Origin: Heterodontus francisci
Taxonomy: Eukaryota
Assembly: GCF_036365525.1 (NCBI RefSeq)
Contig: NC_090377.1
Coordinates: 81,812,024 to 81,876,023 of the forward strand
DNA length: 64,000 nt
Direction: 5' to 3'
The position numbers were made by a program, and so were the translations under genes. Below are positions 37,096 through 49,958 of this stretch, in pieces; positions within the stretch are counted from its first letter, which is position 1, and the number at the start of each line of letters is the position of its first letter. The notes beneath the pieces were generated by a model, which saw only the letters and a list, made by a program, of their open reading frames with translations, made no database searches and had not been told where the DNA came from.

Positions 37096-37489
37096 CTGGA
37101 CAGTTTCTTAACTTCTGAGTTTCATGTGGTATGATCATCCTCTAGAAACTTGCAAGGTATTTCGCTTTTGAATCTCAAAGGTAATTTCAGGCAATTTTAC
37201 TAGGCATGCTTTATTCAAGACCCATCTGCAGCTAGCACCAGAGGACAATACTGATCAGAATCCTCAGAATATCTTTTAAAAAAAATTAATTTTGCCACTA
37301 GGAAGGATGGCAAGCCAGGTTCTCCCTGTGGAAACTTGCAAGTGGCTGACCTGCCCATGCTCACAATGTGCAGTGGGCCAGAACACCACCCTTCTGCACT
37401 TGACTTCTTCAGCTGAATAAGGTACTAATTTAGGAGGGACAGCATGTAATGCACATGGGAGCAGGAGGTTGCAAGGGAATATGGAGATT

Positions 37490-38095
37490 AAGTGAACGGG
37501 CACAGCTATGGCAGATGGAATTTACATTGGGCAAGTGCAAGGTCATTTACTAAGGACCTAAAGAAAAATCAAGCAGAGTATTTTCTAAAGGGAGAGATCT
37601 AAGGAACTGTAGAGGAGCAAAGAGAGATTTGAAAGTCCAAGTACACAAATCATTTTTAAAAGCTAGTAGACAGGTACCAAAGCAATCAAAAAGCCCAATG
37701 GAATGTTGGTCTTTATCTCGGAGGCTGGATTACACAAGAGGAAGTCACGCTTCAGTTGTATAGACCCTTGGTCAGACTCCATTTGGAGTACTGCATTAAG
37801 TTGTGGGTACTGGACCTAGTGGGTGCACTGCAGATTCACCAGAATGTTGCAGGGTCAAATTTTATGGACAGGTTGTGTGAACTAGGCTTGTATTGCCTTA
37901 AGTATATAAGATTAAAGGGTGACATGAATTGTTTTCATATTTTGAACAAATTAATCAATAGGGATTACGTAGAAGAGATTTCCTTTGGTGGGGAAAATCG
38001 AGAACGAGACAGCATAATAAAATTAGAGCTTGGCCATTTATGGAAATCAGGAAACACTTTCACATAAACATAGAAATCTGGAATTAACTCTTCTC
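37490..38095 (+). mobile_element. Old CR1 3' fragment
   Basis: WQMEF and LYRPLVRLHLEYCI. Confidence 0.75.
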
Positions 38096-38623
38096 TTTCC
38101 GCTCAAAACAATATCCAAAACGAAACCGACTCTTGACCAACATAATGTGTTAGTTCTCTGCAAACAACTCCGTGAGTCAGAAGGCTCCTGCTGTTTACTT
38201 AGCTGAAGACATGCGACTTCCAGTAAGTGTATTTTTAAACCAAGTCCCAAGTCCTTCCAGTGATTTTTTAAAAAAATGTTCATCTATGGAATCTCTTCAG
38301 TCTTACAAATGAATAAATTTCCACAATTTTTAAACACGAGTCCTCAAAAAAAATTTAAAAACTGAAGCATTTTCATAACAGTTGGTAAAATTTGCTGAAA
38401 GTGCAAAGCACTTCTATCCTTGGTTTTCTGTTGCTTCCATCAAATTGTAATTATAGATAGCTTTGATGTGTGAAAACACCAATTTTTTAGGATTAAATGC
38501 ATTTTGTCTGATTATTGCATTATTTAAAACAGCTGTTTCTAGAATGTATCCAAGTATTTGACTTCTGCCCACATCACTTCTGGGATTGTAAGTATAAATC
38601 CTTTAGTTGCAAAAATAAGCTAG

Positions 38624-39531
38624 TGTCGCATTCAAGAAGTGCAGCGATGAAAATATCGGAACAAAAATTCATAAATTGATTCTTCCTTTAAAAAGTCGAC
38701 TGTATCCTGCAAAATGGCTGTTGAATGTCAGGCTGACTTGGCCTCTATATTCAAACGGACTCACTGTCTGTTAAGGACAAAAGGATACATTCTAAGTAAG
38801 AGGTGTCAATTATACCCATCCTGAAACCATCAAGAGACGTTCTGAATTTAATGGGTTCTTCTGAAACAAAGAAGCTGTGAAGCCGTCACATCCTGGTTCA
38901 TTGTTGGTCACCACCGGGAGGAGGCCATGTGTCTCCTAACAGGCAAATGTGAGAGATTTTTACCTTTTTTAAAAAGTATCTCTGTAGACAGAGAGGGGCG
39001 GGGGGGGCGGAGAGAGATCACAAAAAGCCTGTCCAGCCAAGAGCTGTGAAGGATCCAGCAAAAACCAAAGAAGGAGATCTACTGCGAATTCTGCACTTGA
39101 ACTTGGTGCAGCAGAGAACTGAAAGTGACCACTGCCTCCAGACTGAAGTCTTAACCACTAGAAAGTCTAGAAACAACCCAGGCCTGCAACTTAAAAAGAG
39201 AAACTGTCCTCTGAGAAGATTCAGCATGTTTACCGTGAACCCTGAACACCTACCTCACTTCAAACTGCTTACCCTTCCTCTCTATCTATCTATTCTTATG
39301 CATGTGTGTGCGAGTAAATGCGTGCATGGGTGCGGTTGCAACCATTTCAGGAATGTTGTTCGATAAATACTTGATGATCTGTTTTAAACCTACAAGAAAA
39401 CCTGTCGCTGTCTGTTTATTTGATAAATAAAATACAAGGGGTTAAAACCCTAGTAACAGAACCACTTGCTGTGGTCAGTTGGGAGGTGAACAGTGGGAAC
39501 CAGCCACACCCCTTATCACCTGGCCGTAACA
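38624..39531 (+). mobile_element. Uninterrupted solo LTR (908 bp) with CTAG TSD
   Basis: TGTC...TAACA; CTAG at 38620-38623 and 39532-39535; AATAAA near 39426. Confidence 0.88.
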
Positions 39532-39629
39532 CTAGATTTGGCCCAAAATTTACTTTATCTTTGCCAGTAAATCTGCTGAGTTGTCAGATTCTGAAATAGC
39601 TCTGGAGTGTTACCAGAAACGTCTATAAA

Positions 39630-40025
39630 TAAAGAAGGAAATTGCATTTATTTAGCACCTTCACAGACATGGGATGTCAAATTCTTCACATCTGACTAAT
39701 GACTAAGTCACTATTTCGTAGGCAATTGCGGTAGGCGATTTGTGCATAGCAAGGTCCTACAAACAGCAATGACTATTAGATCAGGTTTTGTTGAGGGATG
39801 ACACTAAGACAACTTCTGGCTATTTTTCTAAGAAATGTCTTTGGATTTCTTGCATCCACTTGAGCAGGCAGACAAGGTCTTGGTTCAAAATTTTATCGGA
39901 AAGATGACCCCTTCGATAACACAACACTCCTGAAGTGTCAGTCTAGGTGTTGTGGTGGAGTGAGGCTTGAACCAGTAGCCTTCTGATTCAAAGATAGGAA
40001 TACCACCATTGGGCCAAGCTGACAT
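39630..40025 (-). mobile_element. Degenerate DeuSINE
   Basis: Reverse-complement similarity to 19895-20295 (gatttgtgcatagcaaggtcctacaaacagc; aggcttgaacc). Confidence 0.6.
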
Positions 40026-40305
40026 TGAGCAAAAAACTAATAATTGATCATCTTGATATTTATGCTCACTTTTCTCACTCACCCACTCACTTAGCACAAA
40101 CGTCTGGTGGCAAAAGAGAAATCAATTGCATAGGAATACACTATGACTGAATATTTTGTGTCTATGTATTCTGCATGTCCTTTTTTTTTTAGAGCAGCTG
40201 AGAGGAGGGGAATATATATCTTCATGGAATCACTTGTGTTAAGTCAAATAGTGTAGTGAATTGGTAACTGGATAATCAGAACAGTTAAGTGTATGTAAAA
40301 CTTAT

Positions 40306-41869
40306 GGCCTGGATTTTGCAGTTTTACGACCAGGTGAAAGAGGTGTCGAGGGGTCTATTACTGCCTTCATCTGGTCTTTTTTTTAACAGGGTTTATTTTT
40401 CACACACTCTGTTTTGAGTACCCCCTTTGTGAATCCTTGTCCACTGCTTTCCAATTATAAGGCAAAGAAATGAGCATAAACAGGCGTTCTTCAGTTTAAA
40501 GAAGGAAAGTGACATTTATGAAACCTTAAACTTAAACTCGAATACGGTTAACGCCTACGGATGTACGATACGCCCATGCTAGCATGCACACGTGGTACAC
40601 ACATGCAAATAGGTGCAGAAAAGAGCAGAAGAAAAAATTAAATGGAGTTGTTTGAGGCAATATCAGAAGAGTTTATTGTTTACTGTGCTGTGTTTCCAGC
40701 ACGCTGTAGAGTCCTTGATTGTAGACAGCTCTTAATTTTCATTGGGGCCCAGTATTCTTCTTAAACCTTGTTCACTGTAGGAAACTTTTCTCTCTCGGTG
40801 TTTATATGTCTTCAGTGGTTTCCAAAGCTGGTGAGAGTGAGATGAGAGTAGACAGGAGAGAGATGTTCTCAGTCCAGGAGAAAAGTGCCTTCTGATTTTT
40901 CTTTCCCTATTGGAAGTTCAAATTCAAAAAAACTTCCAATAATCAGTGCGTCAGTCATATGACTAAAACTGGTCTGACCATTTCTATGTATTGGGGAAGC
41001 AACGACTGAGTCCCCTTGTTCCAACATTGTCTGTTACTGTGCAAATGTCTTTCCAGTCAGGGGCTTGCAATTTTAAGTTTTAATGTTCATGTGGCGAAAT
41101 AATGTGTGCCTCAGTCTTGGCAGGTGGGGGGCTAGCCTGACCGCAGTCAGTGGTGAATGAGCACAGCCACTGTTAATTATGCTTGCAGCTGCCCACAAAC
41201 GTTTAGTGGACTTTTGCATGGCAACTTAAGTAGTTGGTGAGCCATTTCAGCATGCGCGATCTGCAGTGATCTTAGGACCTGTGTGAACAAGGTAAGCAAC
41301 AGTGTCTCTTCAATTAGATTGAAGGATCCTTACTGAGATGTGCAGAGTCTAAACCAGGAAGTGTAAGTTAGAATATTTAATTCAATGTAAAATCACGGAC
41401 AGAAAGCAAAATAAGTAAGATGGGATTGATTTATGAGACAGGAAAAATATGTTTTTTTTTTAAAGTCTTTTTTTAAAATCTCCAATAATTAAAATCAGAA
41501 GGATTGATACTCCACACTAGTAAAAGTAAATTTTCAGTGCCAGAAAGGTTGTTTGGTATACATTAAAATTTATCACACCGTTTAAAAACTCACTTTTGAA
41601 TAGACAAGCCCCAACCTTTTCTGGCATGTTTGGTGGATATCTAGTGGGTAAGTACCGCATCTTCATTCCCTTCATATATTTTAATGTCGAGTCTCTAGGC
41701 AAGGTATCTGTGCAGCAAAGCTTGTGGAAGTACATGCCAACTCGGTCAGCAGCTTCCTGATTGCGCATTTAACTGCACACTTGTGGACTCTGTAATTTGC
41801 CGTCCGATTTATTCTTTAATAACGGTGACTGTTGACACACACTCTTACTATTACTGTAATATCCAAGCC
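40306..41869 (+). mobile_element. Non-autonomous TIR DNA transposon (PIF/Harbinger-like) containing a solo LTR
   Basis: TIRs ggcctggattttgcagt and actgtaatatccaagcc; interior homologous in inverse orientation to 45304-50267. Confidence 0.6.
40322..41142 (-). mobile_element. Solo LTR with GCAG TSD
   Basis: ttacgaccaggtga start resembles the other LTR ends; GCAG at 40318-40321 and 41143-41146; terminal TG/CA mutated. Confidence 0.7.
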
Positions 41870-42348
41870 ATTATTTCTAGAACACACGCTTATCCATACT
41901 AGTGGAAATGAGGCAATGTCACTGAAGCTGGTAGCAGTTAACTATTAATAAGAGTATTTTTGGCTTTTGTGCTCGACTTAAACATACGCTATTGCTTATT
42001 GTATTTGGACCTCAGCCGGTTGGTGTCTGTCTGTGTGCAACCTCCATGCATTTACAGTGCTAAAACCAATTCCCTAATCCTGGCTTGTGAACTAACGCTG
42101 CTCCCCACTGTTCCAAGGTAAACCGGTGCCAGGGCACAAGTACTGCTGTAGTTTGTTTCAGCTTGCACCATTTCTCTTTGTTTGAATAATGCTATTGCAT
42201 AATCTCTCTTTTGACCTCTCCTTTTAAGTACTATGTAAAATACAAACACATTCTACCCTTACAATTGCAGTTCTTGGGAGCCCAAGCATTTATTATATGC
42301 TGTAGTAAATGCTTTATGGTTGCTAAGCTGGGAGCTAAGGTACAGTAA

Positions 42349-42653
42349 GCGGCACAGTGGCGCAGTGGTTAGCATCGCAGCCTCACAGCTCCAGGGACCC
42401 GGGTTTGATTCTGGGTACTGCCTGTGCGAGTTTGCAAGTTCTCCCTGTGACTGCGTGGGTTTTCGCCGGGTACTCCGGTTTCCTCCCACAGCCAAAGACT
42501 TGCAGGTGATAGGTAAATTGCCCCTAGTGTAGGTAGATGGTAGGGAATATGGGATTACTGTAGGGTTAGTATAAATGGGTGTTTGTTGGTCGGCACAGAC
42601 TCGGTGGGCCGAAGGGCCTGTTTCAGTGCTGTATCTCTAAATAAATAAATAAA
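42349..42653 (+). mobile_element. HE1-type V-SINE
   Basis: Near-identical to 1320-1659 apart from short internal deletions; (TAAA)n tail. Confidence 0.9.
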
Positions 42654-42726
42654 CTATATGGCTGAGAAATTTAAGAGTTGGAATATGTTTAAAAAGACAC
42701 AACTGAGTATAGATGGAAATAACTGA

Positions 42727-43297
42727 TGTCATGCACACTGTAAGTGCGATTGGCCTTTTGTGTATTCAAGGAGTCTGACAAAGACAAAGGACAAATCTTG
42801 AAAGCCAAAAGGTGTTAATGAAACCCATCTTATCCCTATCCTAAAAACATTCCAGAATTGAATGTCTTCTGAAACAAAGTAGGTATGAAGTAGCCATGTC
42901 CTGGGCCATTGTGCAGTCCCATGGGGAAGAGAAAAGAACATCTGCTACCAGGAGGTGAGAGATGAGACAGTTCTATCTTTTTAAAAAAAAGACAGGCAAA
43001 GAGAGAGAGGGAGACTGACCCAGAAGGTGAAGCTACTTGTAACAGCTGGTGTGCCAGCAAGCCAGAAAGCACAGTGCCCTGCTGAAAAAATCTGACATGT
43101 ACAGTATACAGCAGTGAGAGCTAGAGGTAACCCACCATCTTCAACAAAACCTCCAATCAAGAGAAATCTACAATCAACTCAGGCCTGCAACCATCCAGAA
43201 CTTGATTCTCAAGAGAATTCAACAGCTTTATCATAACCTCTTCTCCCTCTCTCCCCCCACTAAAAAAAACACTTTCCCCTTTCCTTTGCTATCTGTT

Positions 43298-43342
<45 letters not shown>

Positions 43343-43572
43343 GAGCGTGAGCAAATGCACGAGTGGATGCGGTTAAAATAATTTCAGGATAAGGCATATC
43401 GATTAATAAACAATTGACTTCCTATTACTTTTAAACCTACGAGAAAACCTATCGCTGTTTGTTTGAGAACTAAAACACCAGGGGGCTAAACTCCAATACA
43501 AATACACGTGATGCAGTCAGGTGGGGAGTTGCACAGTGGGAACCATCCACATCACACCATGTGGCCGTAACA
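42727..43572 (+). mobile_element. Solo LTR related to 38624-39531, containing (TG)n at 43304-43338
   Basis: TGTCA...ggccgtaACA; shares ttttaaacctac.agaaaacct and cagtgggaacc blocks; no clear TSD. Confidence 0.75.
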
Positions 43573-43618
43573 CATAATTTCTCACTATAATAGAAACTAG
43601 TAATTATTGGTATAGTAG

Positions 43619-44232
43619 TGTCATGAAAACCCTATATGCCAAAGGGGAAATGTTAATTTCATCGGTTGAAACCTTACATTAGACTTTTAATGGGGAAATC
43701 CTACAAGTGACTTTTTAAAGAAACTGGCAGCAAAGATGGCCACTGCAACTTACATTTGAAACTCCAAAAGATCAGCTGGAGACGACAAGTCTCATCCAGC
43801 CGAGCCAGGTCAATGGGGTGCTCTCGTTGATTAAATTCCCTCGAGTGGCCTTATCAACATGGTTGTCAAAGCCATCTACACCCATTGACTTTGAAAGAGC
43901 CAACCCCCTCCAAGTGTGACTGGACAGCTTGAGATGTAGCACCTTGAATCTCAAGACTCTAGAAAAAAAATTTCATTAAAACAACAAAGGGGCTTGATAG
44001 CATTTTAACCGGGTTAGAGTTTTAAGAGTAAAAAGCTTACATCTTTCTTGCTTAAACTGAAGTAAACCTGTCTGATTTGATTCTTTTGCAATTACATTAG
44101 AGGAACAGGAGCAAGCGCTCACTGAGGTGGTAAGTTTAACCACGGTGTTAAAAAAGGATAAATCCTGATTTGGTCAAACCAGAGGAGGGGCGAAAGGGGA
44201 TCCTGAGACTCCCTCTACACCTGGCCGTAACA
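43619..44232 (+). mobile_element. Solo LTR with GTAG TSD
   Basis: TGTCA...ggccgtaACA; GTAG at 43615-43618 and 44233-44236; homologous to 14611-15713. Confidence 0.82.
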
Positions 44233-44312
44233 GTAGATTTCTTCAAACACCTAAACAAGAATGAACCTGGATTTAAGTTTGAATATGTATGCAGGATAGT
44301 GTAAAGCTGTTG

Positions 44313-45256
44313 TGTTACGACTGAGGAGGGAAGAGTGCACTGTTGGTTCTAGTTCCACTTCTGCACAGGTGACAACATATATTTAATTTTTTTCCCACTT
44401 ACCGATATGGTCAGTCAAAGCCTCTATTTTTATCCCAGCATAGAACACACCAACCAGGTTTCTTTAATAAACAGTAAAATTATCAGTTTATTATAAAACA
44501 AGTCTTAACCAGTAATGGAGCAAAGCATAAACACACAGTGAAATATAAAAGTTCCCTTTTTACCTTAGACACTCACCCCCCCCCCCCCCCCCCCCAGTTA
44601 CCTGAAAAATGAAGAGATTTACTTGTTAGAGCTGTGGTACAAAATAAAACAAAAAAAGTTGACCAAAATACTTGCTAACTCTGGAAGAAAAAAAGACAAG
44701 ATATGAAAAGATGTCAAGTCCTTTTCTGGTTTGGCGTCCCAACTATGTGCAGATGGCTGTCACTGGGATATTCCGAGAACAGTTATTGTCGGGCGACGTT
44801 GAAAATCAGTTTGGGCAGGCTTTCCAGGGAAAATGCAGTAATGGGTTTCATGCAGTTTCTTACACTTGCTTCTCGTGATGGAAAACTGGCAGGCTTTTTC
44901 CAAGAACTGAAACAGACTGAGTTGGGGTTTTGCTCCCTTGGCAAGTTTCTCCAACTGTCTTTTCAAACCATTGTCCATATCCCAAACCACTGTCCAAATT
45001 AAAACCAAAAACAATGTCACCAGAGTCGAACCTCCTCACCCCTATAAATCTTGACCTTTCACTTCTTTGTAAACATCTTTCCCCAAGTCAAAAACAACCC
45101 CTGCTGGGTAATTATTTGAAGACAGGTGCCTTCTAGTAACTGTTTTGCAATCCAAATCACCTGACACTTATTCAAAAAAAGATCCATGGAGTCCTTTTCA
45201 GTTTTAAAACCCAAATCATCAAAATTTAATTTTAAAAAATGGAAGTACTTGTAACA
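44313..45256 (-). mobile_element. Solo LTR with an internal poly-C tract
   Basis: TGTTACGA...TGTAACA termini; caggtttctttaa block like the other minus-strand LTRs; no clear TSD. Confidence 0.65.
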
Positions 45257-45404
45257 TGTGGCATTTTGTTTACAAATAAATTTGCTATTGTGGAAGAGAG
45301 ATTGGGCCAGATTTTGTCGTTAAAAATAGTCGTACGGTTAACAGTGCTCACCATGAATAACATGTAAATTGGACAGCAACTTCCAGTGACTCCAAATTGG
45401 GAAC

Positions 45405-46675
45405 TTTTTTTTATTAATTCATGGGATATGTGATTTGCTGGCTAAGCCAGCATTTATTGCCCATCTCTAATTGCCCTTGAGAAGGTGGTGGTGAGATGCA
45501 GTCATTGGGGTAGAGGTACACCCACGATGCTGTAAGGAAGGGAGTTCCAGGATTTTGACCCAGTGACAGTGAAGGAACGGTGATAACAGTTCTAAGTCAG
45601 GATGGTGTGTAGCTTAGAGGGGAACTTGCAGGTGGTGGTGTTCCTGTGCATCAACTGCCCTTCTCCTTCTAGGTGGAAGAGGTCGCAGGTTTGGAAGGTG
45701 CTGTATAAGGAACCTTGATGAGTTGCTGAAGTGCATCTTGTAGATGGTGCACACTGCTGCCACTGTGTATCGGTGCTGAAGGGAGTGAACGTTGAAGGTG
45801 GTGGATGGGGCGCCAATCAAGTCGGCTGCTTTGTTCCTGGATGATGTCGAGCTTCTTGAGTGTTGGAGCTGCACCCATCCAGACAAGTGGAGGGTATTCC
45901 ATCACACTGCTGACTTGTGTATTTGTAGATAGTGGATAGGCATTGGGGAGACAGGAGGTGAATTACTCGCTGCAGAATTCCCAGCCTCTGACCTCCTTGT
46001 AGCCATAGCATTTATGTGGCTGGTCCAGTTCAGTTATTGGTCAATGGTAATCCCCAGGATGTTGATTATGGGGGATTCAACTATGGTATTGTCATTGAAC
46101 ATAAAGGGGAGTTGGTTAGATTCTCTCTTGTTGGAGATGGTCATTGCCTGGCACTTAAGTGTTAAGTTACATTCATGCCACACATCAGCCCAAGCCTGGA
46201 TGTTATCCTTATCTTGCTGCAACTGGACATGGGCTGCTTCATTATCTGAGGAGTTGCGAATGTTGCTGAACATTGTGCAATCATCAGCGAACATCACCAC
46301 TTCTGACCTTATGATGGAGGGAAGGTCATTGATGAAGCAGCTGAAGATGGTTGGGCCTAGGACACTACGCTGAGTAACTCCTGCAGTTATGTCCTGGGAC
46401 TGAGATGATTGATCTCCAACGATCACAGCCATTTTCCTTTGTACTAGGTATGACTCCAACCAGTGGAGAGTTTTTCCCCTGATTCCCATTGACTCCAGTT
46501 TTGCTAGGGCTCCTTGATGCAATAGTCTGTCAAATGCTGCCTTGATGTCACTCTCACCTCACCTCTTGAGTTCAGCTCTTTTTTTTCCATATTTGGACCA
46601 AGGCTGTAATGAGGTTAGGAGTTGAGTTGCCCTGGCAGAACCCAAATTGAGAGTCAGTGAGCATGTTATTGCTGA
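45405..46675 (-). mobile_element. Family B LINE, 3' part (RT C-terminus and tail)
   Basis: ORF 46034..46522 (VLGPTIFSCFINDLP...MFADD) and 45614..45886; family 3' tail followed by an A-rich end. Confidence 0.88.
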
Positions 46676-46902
46676 TTAAGTTAATTAAACTGGGAAATCA
46701 GGCAGTGGCTGTCCAAGATGCCCTGTTCCTGCAGGAGCTACAAGATAGCAGTATCTCACCAAGAGACTCACTGTTGAAATATGTAGAACGGCGTGAATGT
46801 TGTACTTGCCTCATAAATGCACTAAAGTCACAGAAAAGTTAGTGTTTGTCCATTCCAGAGTAAGTAATCTTTTAAAGGTGTGTTCAGTCTTAATTATTGC
46901 TA

Positions 46903-47698
46903 CTTCTTTCTTCATTGGCCTCCTTGTCTCGAGAGACAATTGGTAAGCACCTAGAGGTGGTCAGTGGTTTGTGAAGCAGCGCCTGGAGTGGCTATAAAGG
47001 CCAATTCTAGAGTGACCGGCTCTTCCACAGCTGCTGCAGATAAAATTGGTTGTCGGGGCTGCTACACAGTTGGCTCTCTCCTTGCACTTCTGTCTTTGTT
47101 CCTGCCAACTGCTAAGTCTCTTCCGCTCGCCACTCTTTAGCCCCGCCTTTATGGCTGTCCGCCAGCTCTGGCGATCACTGGCAACTGACTCCCACGACTT
47201 GTGGTCAATGTCACAGGACTTTATGTCGCGTTTGCAGATGTCTTTAAAGCGGAGACATGGACGGCCGGTGGGTCTGATGTCAGTGACGAGCTCACTGTAC
47301 AATGCGTCCTCGGGGATCCTGCCATCTTCTATGTGGCTCACATGGCCAAGCCATCTCAAGCGCCGCTGGCTCAGTAGGGTGTATATGCTGGGGATGTTGG
47401 CTGCCTCAAGGACTTCTGCGTTGGAGATACGGTCCTGCCACCTGATGCTAAGGATTCTCCGTAGGCAGTGAAGATGGAATGAGTTGAGACGTCGCTCTTG
47501 GCTGACGTACGTTGTCCAGGCCTCGCTACCGTAGAGCTAGGTACTGAGGACAGAGGCTTGATACGATCGGACTTTTGTGTTCCGTGTCAGTGAGCCATTT
47601 TCCCACACCCTCTTGGCCAATCTGGACATAGCAGCGGACACCTTTCCCATGCGCTTCTTGATTTCTGCATCGCGAAACAGGTTACTGATAGTTGAGCC
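46903..47698 (-). mobile_element. 5'-truncated RTE LINE
   Basis: RWLGHVSHIEDGRIP...C-x2-C...HSRIGLYSH; (GAA)n-like tail; about 12-bp imperfect TSD taattattgcta/taattactgcaa. Confidence 0.9.
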
Positions 47699-47820
47699 TA
47701 ATTACTGCAATGAAAATTATACTTAACAAGTTGGAGTTTAATTCCTTTGGATTTTAATGATTATGCAAGATTTCAAAAAAATTCCTTTTTTATCTCTCAC
47801 TCTCTCGTATGCTTTCTCAA

Positions 47821-49958
47821 TCTACAAGAAAGCCCCCAGCGAGTTAACATCCGTAGCAATTAAAGCAGCCAGAAGCACTGCACAAAGAACAGCCAGGCGC
47901 TGCGCAAATGACCCTATGCAGTCATATTCAGCTGGCCTCAGACACCGGAAACATCAGAGGAATGTATGATGGCATTAAGAGAACTTTTGGGCCAACCATC
48001 AAGAAGATCGCCCCCCCTCAAATCTAAATCAGGGGACACAATCACTGACCAACGCAAGCAAATGGACTGCTGGGTTCAGCACTACCTAGAACTGTACTCC
48101 AGGGAGAACGTTGTCACTGAGACCGCCCTCAATGCAGCCCAGCCTCTACCAGTCATGTATGAGCTGGACGTACAGCCAACAAAATCAGAACTCAGTGATG
48201 CCATTGATTCTCTAGCCAGTGGAAAAGCCCCTGGGAAGGGCGGCATTACCCCTGAAATAATCAAGAGTGCCAAGCCTGCTATACTCTCAGCACTACATGA
48301 ACTGCTTTGCCTGTGCTGGGACGAGGGAGCAGTACCTCAGGACATGCGCGATGCCAATATCATCACCCTCTATAAAAACAAAGGTGACTGCAACAACTAC
48401 CGTGGAATCTCCCTGCTCAGCATAGTGGGGAAAGTCTTTGCTCGAGTCGCTTTGAACAGGCTCCAGAAGCTGGCCGAGCGCATCTACCCTGAGGCACAGT
48501 GTGGCTTTCGTGCAGAGCGATCGACCGTTGACATGCTGCTCTCCCTTCGTCAGATACAGGAGAAATGCCGCGAACAACAGATGCCCCTCTACATTGCTTT
48601 CATTGATCTCACCAAAGCCTTTGACCTGGTCAGCAGACGTGGTCTCTTCAGACTACTAGAAAAGATCGGATGTCCACCAAAGCTACTAAGTATCATCACC
48701 TCATTCCATGACAATATGAAAGGCACAATTCAGCATAGTGGCACCACATCAGACCCCTTTCCTATCCTGAGTGGCGTGAAACAGGGCTGTGTTCTCGCAC
48801 CCACACTGTTTGGGATTTTCTTCTCCCTGCTGCTCTCACATGCGTTCAAGTCTTCAGAAGAAGGAATTTTCCTCCACACAAGATCCGGGGGCGGGTTGTT
48901 CAACCTTGCCCATCTAAGAGCGAAGACCAAAGTACGGAAAGTCCTCATCAGGGAACTCCTCTTTGCTGACTATGCTGCTTTAACATCTCACACTGAAGAG
49001 TGTCTACAAAGTCTCATCGACAGGTTTGCGGCTGCCTGCAACGAATTTGGCCTAACCATCAGCCTCAAGAAAACGAACATCATGGGACAGGACGTCAGAA
49101 CTGCTCCATCCATCAATATTGGCGACCACGCTCTGGAAGTGGTTCAAGAGTTCACTTACCTAGGCTCAACTATCACCAGTAACCTATCTCTAGATGCAGA
49201 AATCAACAAGCGCATGGGAAAGGCTTCCACTGCTATATCCAGACTGGTCAAGGGAGTGTGGGAAAATGGCGCACTGACATGGAACACAAAAGTCCGAGTG
49301 TATCAAGCCTGTGTCCTCAGTACCTTGCTCTATGGCAGCGAGGCCTGGACAACGTATGTCAGCCAAGAGCGACGTCTCAATTCATTGCATCTTCACTGCC
49401 TCCGGAGAATACTTGGCATCAGGTGGCAGGACCGTATCTCCAATACAGAAGCCCTCGAGGTGGCCAACATCCCCAGCTTGTACACCCTACTGAGTCAGCG
49501 GCGCTTGAGATGGCTTGGCCATGTGAGCCGCATGGAAGATGGCAGGATCCCCAAGGACACATTGTACAGTGAGCTCGCCACTGACATCAGACCCACTGGC
49601 CGTCCATGTCTCTGCTTTAAAGACGTCTGCAAACGCGACATGAAGTCCTGTGACATTGATCACAAGTCGTGGGAATCAGTTGCCAGCGATTGCCAGAGCT
49701 GGCGGGCAGCCATAAAGGTGGGGCTAAAGTGTGGCGAGTGGAAGAGGCTTAGCAGTTGACAGGAAAAAAGACAGAAGCGCAAGGGGAGAGCCCACTGTGT
49801 AACAGCCCCGACAAACAGATTTTTCTGCAGCGCCTGTGGAAGAGTCTGTCACTCTAGAATTGGCCTTTATAGCCACTCCAGGCGCTGCTCCACAAACCAC
49901 TGACCACCTCCAGGCGCTTACCCATTGTCTCTCGAGACATGGAGGCCAAAGAAGAAGA
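47821..49958 (+). mobile_element. 5'-truncated RTE LINE with long TSD
   Basis: RT ORF; aagaagaaga tail; TSD actctctcgtatgctttctcaatc (47799) and actctcacgtatgctctctcaatc (49958). Confidence 0.93.
47966..49759 (+). pseudogene. RTE reverse transcriptase ORF (597 aa); catalytic FADD changed to FADY, endonuclease domain missing
   Basis: NYRGISLLS, AQCGFR, FIDLTKAFD, GVKQGCVLAP, LLFADYAAL, FTYLGS. Confidence 0.9.
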
